Positions 9,885 through 18,220 of a DNA stretch of 64,000 bases are shown piece by piece; position 1 is the first letter of the stretch; each line of letters begins with the position of its first letter. This DNA comes from an uncultured Eubacteriales bacterium (lineage in GTDB: Bacteria; Bacillota; Clostridia; Oscillospirales; Acutalibacteraceae), in assembly GCA_934489895.1 (NCBI GenBank), contig CAKSST010000007.1, forward strand, positions 5,052-69,051, in the 5' to 3' direction. A model generated the notes under the pieces. That model saw only the letters and a list, made by a program, of their open reading frames with translations, did not search any database and was not told where the DNA came from. The position numbers were made by a program, and so were the translations under genes.

Positions 9885-10646
9885 ATGGGGATTTTAGATA
9901 ATTTAGTTGTAACCAATATAGAAACGCCTCTCGTTGTTCGTTCGGAAAAGGGAAGAAAATTTCAAATGATAAATCGTCCATGTTGTGGTTTATCGCTCTG
10001 TACAAGCGGCCAGATTACCTATACAATGAACGGAAAGCGCTACATATCCAATCAAAACAATGCCATTTTGTTGCCTCAAGGCGGAACGTACTCTCTTTTG
10101 GGTGATAAAGAAGGTTTTTTTCCGGTTGTAAATTTCAAATGTGGAAATTATAATTGTAATGAGATAGTAATTCTCCCGTTAGATAATCCACAAGCTTGTA
10201 TTAAGAATTTCGAGACCCTTAAAGATTTGTTTTTACATAATGAAAATCACCTTAAGATATACAGCAATTTTTATGAATTGCTTGATAAAGTATCTTCTGC
10301 AAACTCACAAAAGCAAACCCCTCTTGATTACGTTATTAAGTATATATCCGAAAATATACAAAGTCCCGAACTTTCAAACACCTGCCTTGCAAGACAAATC
10401 GGCATCAGCGAAGTGTATTTAAGAAAATTGTTTTCAGCTCACTATAACATTACACCGAAACAATACATATTGGACATCAGAATGCGCAAAGCGAAACAGA
10501 TGCTTTGTGACACACCGTTTACTGTTGTTGCCATTGCGGAAGAATGCGGGTTTTCAAGCGTTTACCATTTTTGTAGGACATTTAAACAACGAACAGGACT
10601 AACACCTACGCAATATGCTGCCCAAAATATAATATATAAAATGTAA
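9885..10646 (+). CDS. AraC-family transcriptional regulator
   Basis: N-terminal cupin-like sensor and C-terminal AraC HTH (FTVVAIAEECGFSSVYHFCRTFKQRTGLTPTQY). Divergent from the SDR/QOR operon. ATG at 9885 follows a GGTGA RBS. Confidence 0.85.
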   Translation: MGILDNLVVTNIETPLVVRSEKGRKFQMINRPCCGLSLCTSGQITYTMNGKRYISNQNNAILLPQGGTYSLLGDKEGFFPVVNFKCGNYNCNEIVILPLDNPQACIKNFETLKDLFLHNENHLKIYSNFYELLDKVSSANSQKQTPLDYVIKYISENIQSPELSNTCLARQIGISEVYLRKLFSAHYNITPKQYILDIRMRKAKQMLCDTPFTVVAIAEECGFSSVYHFCRTFKQRTGLTPTQYAAQNIIYKM

Positions 10647-10677
10647 AAGGCTTGACCGTTTCGGTCAAGCCTTTTTT
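10646..10677. terminator. Bidirectional intrinsic terminator
   Basis: Stem aaaggcttgaccg / cggtcaagccttt, 3-nt loop, T-run on the plus side. Lies between convergent AraC and spoVAC. Confidence 0.8.
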
Positions 10678-10701
10678 GCGGGATTTCGAGGGCGCCGTCC
10701 C

Positions 10702-11148
10702 CTACATTAAATTGCATATCCAATAAATAACCCCATACAGTACCGCGGCGACCGTACCGTAAACAATAACAGGTCCCGCTATTGCAAACATTTTTGCGCC
10801 GACACCCAGCACAAATCCCTCATTTTTAAACTCAATTGCAGGCGAAACCACGGCATTTGAAAAGCCTGTAATAGGCACAAGTACACCCGCCCCCGCAAAC
10901 CTTGCAATATCGTCAAACACGCCTATTGCCGTAAGCACAGCCGCAATAAAAATGAGCGATACACAAACAAGCCCGCGGGCATTAATTTCTTCCAATCCAA
11001 AGTTTATAAACGCTTCAAAAAGCAGCTGACCTATTACGCACACAAAACCGCCCGAAATATATGCAAAGATAAAATCCCGTATTTTAGGTGACGGCTTTGA
11101 TGCAATCTTTACCATTTGTGAATATTCCTGTTTATTTATTTTAAGCAA
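10702..11148 (-). CDS. spoVAC: Stage V sporulation protein AC (SpoVAC)
   Basis: About 150 aa, 4 TM. Typical SpoVAC strings are present (FAYISGGFVCVIGQ, FAGAGVLVPITGFSNAVVSPAIEFKNEGFVLGVGAKMF). The start is uncertain (GTG 11157 or TTG 11148 after GAGGTG). Confidence 0.85.
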   Translation of the reverse strand: MLKINKQEYSQMVKIASKPSPKIRDFIFAYISGGFVCVIGQLLFEAFINFGLEEINARGLVCVSLIFIAAVLTAIGVFDDIARFAGAGVLVPITGFSNAVVSPAIEFKNEGFVLGVGAKMFAIAGPVIVYGTVAAVLYGVIYWICNLM

Positions 11149-11234
11149 GCAACACACCTCGCAAAAATTTGTCAGTTATATCTTTTCACATATATTTTGA
11201 ACTTATTCAGTAATAATACAATTGGGGTGAAAAA

Positions 11235-11903
11235 ATGGAGCTTATTAAGCTTGAAAATATTTCAAAATCATATACAGGACATAATGTTGATGTATGCGCC
11301 TTAAAGAATATAAATATAAAAATCGAAGACGGTGAATTCGTTGCAATAACTGGCGCTTCGGGGTCAGGCAAAAGTACACTTATGAACATTTTAGGCTGTC
11401 TTGATACCCAAAGCAGCGGTAAATATTACCTCAACGGAACAGATACCTCTTTGCTTTGTGACCGCAAGCTGTCAGATTTGCGCAACCGCAACATCGGCTT
11501 TGTTTTCCAAAGCTATAATCTATTGCCATCTTTGAGCGCAATAGATAATATTGCTCTACCTCTGTTATACCGCGGTAATTCGCGCAGCAACAGTTTAAAG
11601 CTTGCTCACAAAGCATTAAAAAGCGTTGGGCTTGATAACAGAGCCAACCATCTTCCCTGCCAGCTTTCAGGCGGTCAGCAGCAGCGTATCGCTATAGCAC
11701 GCGCACTTGTGTATGCACCGCGCCTTATCCTTGCCGACGAGCCAACGGGAAATTTAGACAGCGAAACCGGCAACCTTGTAATGGGACAGCTTGCCGAACT
11801 TAATAAAACAGGCTGTACAGTAATTGTTATAACCCATAACGAACTGCCCGATATACAATTAAGCCGATTACTTACAATTAAGGACGGGTGCATTGTACAA
11901 TGA
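11235..11903 (+). CDS. ABC transporter ATP-binding protein, MacB/LolD/FtsE-like subfamily
   Basis: Walker A GASGSGKST, signature LSGGQQQRIAIARAL, Walker B LILADEPTGNLD, and FQSYNLLP typical of MacB-type ATPases. Confidence 0.9.
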   Translation: MELIKLENISKSYTGHNVDVCALKNINIKIEDGEFVAITGASGSGKSTLMNILGCLDTQSSGKYYLNGTDTSLLCDRKLSDLRNRNIGFVFQSYNLLPSLSAIDNIALPLLYRGNSRSNSLKLAHKALKSVGLDNRANHLPCQLSGGQQQRIAIARALVYAPRLILADEPTGNLDSETGNLVMGQLAELNKTGCTVIVITHNELPDIQLSRLLTIKDGCIVQ

Positions 11904-12010
11904 AAAAGCAAGATTTTACCGTTATGTTAAAAGCTGCCGTTATAACTTTCTGTGCAATAACAACTGTTGTATTGGGATACATTGGCGCTAATATACTTTT
12001 GGGAGCATAA
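11900..12010 (+). CDS. 36-aa single-TM small protein, start overlapping the ABC ATPase stop (ATGA)
   Basis: MKKQDFTVMLKAAVITFCAITTVVLGYIGANILLGA. The ATG at 11900 overlaps TGA 11901-11903, and a strong terminator follows. It is too short to appear in the ORF track. Confidence 0.45.
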   Translation: MKKQDFTVMLKAAVITFCAITTVVLGYIGANILLGA

Positions 12011-12014
12011 AAAA

Positions 12015-12066
12015 CGCAATAGCGAGACTTCCTTATGGGAAGTCTCGCTATTGCGGTCTTTTTTTA
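12015..12066. terminator. Bidirectional intrinsic terminator (ABC unit / rpe)
   Basis: 18-bp stem cgcaatagcgagacttcc / ggaagtctcgctattgcg, loop ttatg, followed by a T-run. Confidence 0.85.
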
Positions 12067-12071
12067 AAAAT

Positions 12072-12716
12072 TTATAATGCTTTAATCTCTTTTGCGGTTT
12101 TTGTCATATCCTCAGCATCAAACAGATAGCTTCCTACAACCAACACATTTGCGCCTGCTTCAACCGCTAAAGGTGCAGTTTCATTATTAATGCCGCCGTC
12201 AACCTCTAAATCAACCTGTAATCCCTGACGGGCAACCTCTGCCTTTAAAGCGCGCAGCTTATCAAGCGCCATAGGCATAAATTTTTGTCCGCCAAAGCCC
12301 GGCTCAACCGACATAACGAGCACCATATCACAAAGCTCTAAATATTTAAAAATCTCCTGCGGCTGTGTGCAGGGCTTAATGGTAAGACAGCTCTTTATGC
12401 CGTAAGAGCGGATAGCCTTTAAAGTATCTGCAACATCTGAGCCTGCCTCATAATGAAAGCCAAGCAAATCAGAGCACTCTGCAAACTGCTCAATATAACG
12501 GTGTGGACGGTCAATCATAAGATGGGTATCAAGCGGAATATCTGTATGCTTTCTTATAGATTTTATAACTGGCACACCAAAAGACATATTGGGAACAAAC
12601 AAGCCGTCCATAACATCAAGATGAAGCATATCAACACCTGCTGCCTTAAGCTTATTCATGCTTTCTTCCAAACGTAAAAAGTCAGCCGTTAAAACTGACG
12701 GCGATAATTTAACCAA
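12072..12716 (-). CDS. rpe: Ribulose-phosphate 3-epimerase
   Basis: SPSVLTADF, HLDVMDGLFVPN, MSVEPGFGGQKF, EVDGGIN. TTG start at 12716 after a GGAGG RBS preferred to the far-upstream ATG at 12740. Confidence 0.9.
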   Translation of the reverse strand: MVKLSPSVLTADFLRLEESMNKLKAAGVDMLHLDVMDGLFVPNMSFGVPVIKSIRKHTDIPLDTHLMIDRPHRYIEQFAECSDLLGFHYEAGSDVADTLKAIRSYGIKSCLTIKPCTQPQEIFKYLELCDMVLVMSVEPGFGGQKFMPMALDKLRALKAEVARQGLQVDLEVDGGINNETAPLAVEAGANVLVVGSYLFDAEDMTKTAKEIKAL

Positions 12717-12887
12717 GATAAATTGCCTCCGTTTTTGCAAAAATTAACACATTTATTTTACCGCAAGCACATATATTTGTCAATTTAATATTGAAATTAA
12801 TATAAAAAAATATTATAATAATTGTTTGTAAGATAAAAATATTTTTTGTAAAAATCAAAAGAATTTTAACACAAAGGATTTGGTGTA

Positions 12888-13640
12888 ATGAGTTTGCCTG
12901 ATATGTCCTCAATACGTCCCAACAGGGGCAAAAAATTAATTGCCGTTACAGATAAGGGCAAGTTTGCCCGCTACCCCATAAAAACGCATGTGGTTAAAAG
13001 CGGAGACAGTCTTTTTGAAATAATGGATAAATACGTAAAGCCATATTTGGCAGAGGGTGACGGTATTTTCTTGAGTGAAAAAATGGTTGCCATCAGCCAG
13101 GGCAGAGCCTTCCCGATTGACGAAATAAAGGTTTCCTGGCTTGCAAAGTTCCTTGTAAAGTTTGTTACAAAATCACCCTACGGCATTGGTCTTGGCAGCC
13201 CTTACACCATGCAGCTTGCTTTGCAGGATATTGGCTTCCCCCTTATCTTCCTTGGCTGTATATGCGCTGCACTGACGAAGCCTTTTGGCATCCGCGGCGT
13301 GTTTTACAATGTTGTAGGTATGCGCGCACGCGCAATTGACGGACCCGGCGAATACGTTATTCCCCCTTACAACAAATATGCAAAAATGGCACCCTTAAAG
13401 CCCAACAAGGTTTGTAAAGAGCTTGCTGAGTACACAGGTTGCTATGTTGTAATGCTCGATGCTAACGATTTAGGTCTTAACATTTTAGGCAACTCAGGCA
13501 AAGAGGTTGATTTAAAGCTTGCCCGCCAGATGTTCGGCGACAACCCTCTTGACCAGTCCGACCAACAAACCCCTATTGCCATTGCCCGCAAAATGCCCGA
13601 TGATTATGTAGAGCCAGATTGGGATGCAATGCAGGAATAA
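12888..13640 (+). CDS. CofE-like (F420-0:gamma-glutamyl ligase family fold) protein of unknown role
   Basis: 250-aa ORF. LSEKMVAISQGRA and VVMLDANDLG resemble the CofE-family core strands. No other F420 genes are in the window. Confidence 0.5.
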   Translation: MSLPDMSSIRPNRGKKLIAVTDKGKFARYPIKTHVVKSGDSLFEIMDKYVKPYLAEGDGIFLSEKMVAISQGRAFPIDEIKVSWLAKFLVKFVTKSPYGIGLGSPYTMQLALQDIGFPLIFLGCICAALTKPFGIRGVFYNVVGMRARAIDGPGEYVIPPYNKYAKMAPLKPNKVCKELAEYTGCYVVMLDANDLGLNILGNSGKEVDLKLARQMFGDNPLDQSDQQTPIAIARKMPDDYVEPDWDAMQE

Positions 13641-13816
13641 AAAAGGTTTGACAAAAAATACTCAAAGGCTCTTTTAATTTGCTGTAATAGGAGCATGAAT
13701 ATACTCCGAAGAATTATTTACATCATAAAAGTCTTGCAAAAGAAATATTTCTTCTGCAAGACTTTATTTTTATACTTTTAAAATTATCTCTTTTGGTCTG
13801 CGCTTTTTATACAAAT

Positions 13817-14821
13817 CTAATTTGCAATTTTATGATAAAATCCCGGGCTGTCCTCTGTTAAAACCTCAAAGCGATAACCCATATTTATAAGCTGCTCAAC
13901 TATTGACGGCAAAGCCTCAACCGTAGTTTTCTTTGACTTTGCGTCGTGCATCAGCACACAAATACTGCTTTTGTTTTTAGCAGATTTTACAACATTGTTT
14001 GCAATCTGCTTTGCTGAGTATTTTATTCCCGAAGCGTCACCCGAATTAACGTTCCAGTCAAAATATCTGTAGCCTCTATTCTGTACGCCCGCCGCGATCT
14101 CGGTCATAATACCTGTGCAATATTTCTTGCTTGCAGTGTTGTTGCTTCCGCCGGGGAAGCGTATAAGCTTTGTGCGTACACCTATGTACTTATAAACAAG
14201 GTCGTCAATTGTCTGTAAATCGTTATAATAAGCGTCAGCACTTGCGTAAACCTTTTTCCATTCGTGGCTGTTGCAATGCAATGCAATCGCATGACACGCG
14301 TTATAAATATCATCAAGATAATCATCAAGATACGGGGTGTTCACAACAAAAAATGTTGCTTTAACGCCTAAAGCATCAAGCTGCTTTAAAAGTGTCGGTG
14401 TTGCGGCCGAGGGACCGTCATCAAAGGTCAAATAACATACTTTATCTCCGTTTTTACTGTCCCCCGGCTTTACAAGGTTAGAATTTTTTACAATACTTTG
14501 CTTTGCCTTTTCAAGCTGTGAATTTATTTTTGCAATTTCAGCAGTCTTTTGGTCAATTACAGCCTGCTGTTCATTAACCTTTTGCTGTAATGCAGCATTT
14601 TCATTTTCCTTTTGGGCAAGCTTTTCGTTTAAATCAGCTATTGTTTTGTTAAGCTCATCAATCTTACCGTTAAGCTGCTCATTCTCTGCCTTATGTGTCT
14701 TAATCTGCTTAGTCTTTTGGGCAATATAATAGTTTGCTCCGCCCGCAAGACAGCCAAGCACCAATACTATAGCAACAACCGCCAACACAGTTTTGTTAAA
14801 TATTGCCGAGCGCACTTTCAT
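13817..14821 (-). CDS. Polysaccharide deacetylase (NodB/CE4) with N-terminal TM anchor and coiled coil
   Basis: TM helix (AVVAIVLVLGCLAGGANYYI). Q/K/E/N-rich coiled coil. NodB motifs (YLTFDDGPS, HCNSH, IRFPGGS, VLMHD). Confidence 0.85.
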   Translation of the reverse strand: MKVRSAIFNKTVLAVVAIVLVLGCLAGGANYYIAQKTKQIKTHKAENEQLNGKIDELNKTIADLNEKLAQKENENAALQQKVNEQQAVIDQKTAEIAKINSQLEKAKQSIVKNSNLVKPGDSKNGDKVCYLTFDDGPSAATPTLLKQLDALGVKATFFVVNTPYLDDYLDDIYNACHAIALHCNSHEWKKVYASADAYYNDLQTIDDLVYKYIGVRTKLIRFPGGSNNTASKKYCTGIMTEIAAGVQNRGYRYFDWNVNSGDASGIKYSAKQIANNVVKSAKNKSSICVLMHDAKSKKTTVEALPSIVEQLINMGYRFEVLTEDSPGFYHKIAN

Positions 14822-15111
14822 TTTCTTCTCACCCCCTTTTATTAATAATTTAAATGATTCTATTAGATTTTATAACAAAAACAGAAAAAAATCAACCCTT
14901 TAAAGCGTTGTTTTGCAGGTATTATTTTACATCGCAAGTAACCCTTTTTAAAAGTCGCCCATATTATGATTTTAGGGGCGCAAAATAGGGATTCCCAAAG
15001 TATCGGCGGTTGCCATGGTCCAACCCATAGAGTACCGATAAATGATGTGAAAAGCCCCTTTTATATAAAAAACCGCTGTCTGTAAATAACAGGCTGCGGT
15101 TTTTATTTTTA

Positions 15112-15936
15112 TTATATTGTATCTGTAAACAGACTTTTCTGCCCGTTATCATCATTGGGGATATCAAGCCCCAGTTTTTTACGCTTTTCAATATCCTCAT
15201 CAGGATGTTTCTCGTAATACGGGTCAATCATTATTTTCTTAATAATCGGAAAGATATTATGCTCAATAACAAGAAAACGGAATGTCGGAAAAATACAAAC
15301 CATAATAAATGCCGCAATAACAATACCCACATTGCCAAAAAACAGTATAATCGCAGCAAAGACTGCATAAAACGGCAGTAAACACGCAAATATAATTAAA
15401 TTATTCTTAAAGCCTATAAGCGAAAGCTTAAAGCTGTTGACATACACTTGCTTTAAACTGAATTTAAAAGTAATGATAAGTGTCCAAATATAATAGTTCA
15501 TCATTAGAAATATTATAAGCATAAACAGCACAATGCCAAAGCAAACCGTTTCCCATGATAAGGTGTTTTCGGCTTTTATCATTGCCTCGGCATAATATAC
15601 TGTAGAAAAAGCAAGTACAGCGGTAATTATAAGATTAATTATGCCCGCAAAAAAACCTTGCTTAAGATTCTTTTTAACACAATCAAAAAAGTCTGACGTA
15701 CCAAAAGAGTGCTGCTTTGTTATAATCGACCTTGCTATGTATGTTGTACCGACGCTTCCAAGACCTGAACTTATTACAGGTATGCTCAACAATACTAGCC
15801 AGCAGTTTACTGTTAAAAGCTGCCAAAAGTGTTCGAAATAATTTTCAAAAAAAGCAAAAATGCCACGCTTTGTAGGGGTGTCTTTCGAAACTCCGCTGCC
15901 CTCTTTTTCATAATCTCGCATTTTAAACAGTGCCAT
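15112..15936 (-). CDS. YesL-family (DUF624) integral membrane protein
   Basis: 274 aa, about 6 TM. N-terminal FAFFENYFEHFWQLLTVNCWLVLLSIPVIS is typical of DUF624. Its start overlaps the upstream stop (TAATG). Confidence 0.6.
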   Translation of the reverse strand: MALFKMRDYEKEGSGVSKDTPTKRGIFAFFENYFEHFWQLLTVNCWLVLLSIPVISSGLGSVGTTYIARSIITKQHSFGTSDFFDCVKKNLKQGFFAGIINLIITAVLAFSTVYYAEAMIKAENTLSWETVCFGIVLFMLIIFLMMNYYIWTLIITFKFSLKQVYVNSFKLSLIGFKNNLIIFACLLPFYAVFAAIILFFGNVGIVIAAFIMVCIFPTFRFLVIEHNIFPIIKKIMIDPYYEKHPDEDIEKRKKLGLDIPNDDNGQKSLFTDTI

Positions 15937-16670
15937 TATTTGCCTCCGTTATTTTTGCCGTAAACTAAATTCTTACGCATATTGATATTTTTAAAACCCA
16001 TATAATATCCAAACCAGCTTGCAAAGGGAAGTGCAAAAAGTATTGCAAGCAAGGGCAAAAATGACCATACAGGCAGCTGTGCAGTGTTAGCCGCGCCGTT
16101 GCAGGCAAGCTCTATTAAATAAAACATACTGAAATTTGTAATTTTATATGCGCTGAGCGCAAAGCTTGTACCCATTATTTTTTCTGCAATAACAAGCAGA
16201 TATATTACAAAATACGGTACAGTACCAAGCAGGCCCAGTTTAAATCCATAATGACAATCGCCCTCTTTATGCTCAAAATCTGTCCTTGCGCTGTCCTCGC
16301 TTCCTCTGTTCCAAACATATCCGTAAACCAAATACACAAACATTGCCGCTGTAATAATCTGAACAATTATTTTTACCGCTGTGTTTGCTTTATCGCTCAA
16401 AAGACGTATAGACTGCTTATATATCTTGCTTTCATCATAGCTTGCAAGTTTTTCATCCTCACCGTCGGCATAATAATGAGAATAAAGATATTCATATCCG
16501 CCTTGCTCGGCTTCAATATATACCTCATATCCCATCTGCTGTGAAAAAGCAGATACCGCAAACATTGTTATGAATACATAAACAATTATTGACAGCAAAG
16601 CAACGCCTATTTGTGTTGCAAATAAGCGTGACGCTCGGCGTATATTTTCTTTAATTCCAAGCTCTTTCAT
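15936..16670 (-). CDS. Integral membrane protein, unknown family
   Basis: 244 aa, about 5 TM, with acidic/Tyr-rich and Cys/His-containing loops. Starts 3 nt after the murC stop. No motif recognised. Confidence 0.6.
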   Translation of the reverse strand: MKELGIKENIRRASRLFATQIGVALLSIIVYVFITMFAVSAFSQQMGYEVYIEAEQGGYEYLYSHYYADGEDEKLASYDESKIYKQSIRLLSDKANTAVKIIVQIITAAMFVYLVYGYVWNRGSEDSARTDFEHKEGDCHYGFKLGLLGTVPYFVIYLLVIAEKIMGTSFALSAYKITNFSMFYLIELACNGAANTAQLPVWSFLPLLAILFALPFASWFGYYMGFKNINMRKNLVYGKNNGGK

Positions 16671-16673
16671 TTT

Positions 16674-18038
16674 TTAATCCCTCATTAAATATGCCGCTTT
16701 GTAAATATCTCCGCCGCCCATGGTAATTACCGTGTCGTCCGGCTTCACATATGAGCATATTTCTTTTTTTACATCCTCAAAACTCTCGACACAAACACAG
16801 TCAGGCAAAAGCTTTGCTAGGTGCTGTGATGTAATACCCGCTTCATTTTTCTCGCGTGAGCCCATTATGGGTGTAAGCACCACCCTGTCCGCAAGGCTTA
16901 AAGACTCGGCAAATTCATCTAACAGCAAAGCCGTTCGCGAAAAGGTGAAGGGCTGGAATACAGCAATAAGCCTGCCCTTGCAATACTCACGTGCCGCACG
17001 TAAGGTTGCGGCAATTTCTGTCGGGTGATGCGCATAGTCGTCCACAAGTACAGCGCCCTTTACAGTACCAAGAACCTCAAACCTGCGTCCCGCTCCGCCA
17101 AAGCTCTCAATCGCCGATTTCAATCCTTGAGGCGTAACTCCGTTTATAAGTGCCGCAACAGCTGACGCCATTGCATTGTAAACATTATGCTTACCGGGAA
17201 TATTCAATGCAATATTACAAATTACTTTTCCTTTACTTATCAAATCAAAGATAAAGCCTTTTGAACCTTTAACAATATTATCTGCATAATAATTCAGTTG
17301 TTTATCAAAGCCAAAGGTTATAATCTCACCCTTTACATCCTTTACCGCCTGCATTGCAAGCGTATTGTCGCCGTTTACAATAACCGTATTTGCCATTGAT
17401 ACAAACTTTGTAAAAGAAGCGCACATATTTTCCATTGTTTTAAAATAATCAAGATGGTCATTATCAATGTTAAGCAAAACCGCAGTATTGGGGGACAACT
17501 CTAAAAAAGTATCCACGAACTCGCAGGACTCACACACCATTATATCCGACTCACCGCAAATACCATTTGTGTTTGTAAGGGGCAGCCTACCGCCTATTAC
17601 TGCCGTAGGGTCAAGATTATTTAAAATTAAAATTTGCGTAAGCATTGCGCAAACGGTGGTTTTGCCGTGAGTTCCGCAAACGCCTATACAGTTGTCAAAG
17701 TGTCTTGTCAGCGCACCCAGAAGCTTTGAGCGCTCTAATGTGGGAATTTGTTTTTGTCTTGCACAAACAAGCTCAGGATTATCCTGTGAAATTGCCGCAG
17801 AATACACAACCAAATCACACTCGCCTAAATTTTCGGCAAGGTTGCCCATTTTTATGTCTATACCAAGAGCGCGCAGTCTTTTTAGCTGGTCCGATTCATT
17901 ATTATCAGAGCCGCAGACTGTATAACCTTTTTTATGCATTATTTCAGCAAGCGGACACATACCCGAGCCGCCTATACCTATCATATGCACACTTTTTGCC
18001 TGTTTAACAAGAGCATCGATTTCTGCGCTGTTTTTCAT
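16674..18038 (-). CDS. murC: UDP-N-acetylmuramate--L-alanine ligase
   Basis: VHMIGIGGSGM, GTHGKTT, DNDHLDY, DDYAHHPTE. Confidence 0.95.
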   Translation of the reverse strand: MKNSAEIDALVKQAKSVHMIGIGGSGMCPLAEIMHKKGYTVCGSDNNESDQLKRLRALGIDIKMGNLAENLGECDLVVYSAAISQDNPELVCARQKQIPTLERSKLLGALTRHFDNCIGVCGTHGKTTVCAMLTQILILNNLDPTAVIGGRLPLTNTNGICGESDIMVCESCEFVDTFLELSPNTAVLLNIDNDHLDYFKTMENMCASFTKFVSMANTVIVNGDNTLAMQAVKDVKGEIITFGFDKQLNYYADNIVKGSKGFIFDLISKGKVICNIALNIPGKHNVYNAMASAVAALINGVTPQGLKSAIESFGGAGRRFEVLGTVKGAVLVDDYAHHPTEIAATLRAAREYCKGRLIAVFQPFTFSRTALLLDEFAESLSLADRVVLTPIMGSREKNEAGITSQHLAKLLPDCVCVESFEDVKKEICSYVKPDDTVITMGGGDIYKAAYLMRD

Positions 18039-18147
18039 TATCTCACCCTGAAAAATAAATATCTATATTCATTATATTGCTAAATTGTAAAAAAATAAAC
18101 AATTTTTTATATTTATTTGCATTATTTTAATTTTATTTATTACCGTA

Positions 18148-18174
18148 ACCAAAAGTAATGCGCATCATACTATA
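18148..18174 (+). promoter_or_regulatory. Candidate sigma-K-type promoter upstream of dpaA
   Basis: AC (18148-18149), 16-nt spacer, then CATActaTA (18166-18174). This fits the AC-N16/17-CATAnnnTA pattern known for sigma-K promoters such as spoVF in Bacillus subtilis. Confidence 0.35.
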
Positions 18175-18220
18175 TTATTGAATGTCATTTAGGGTAAAGA
18201 CCAATAGAAAGGCTGATGTT

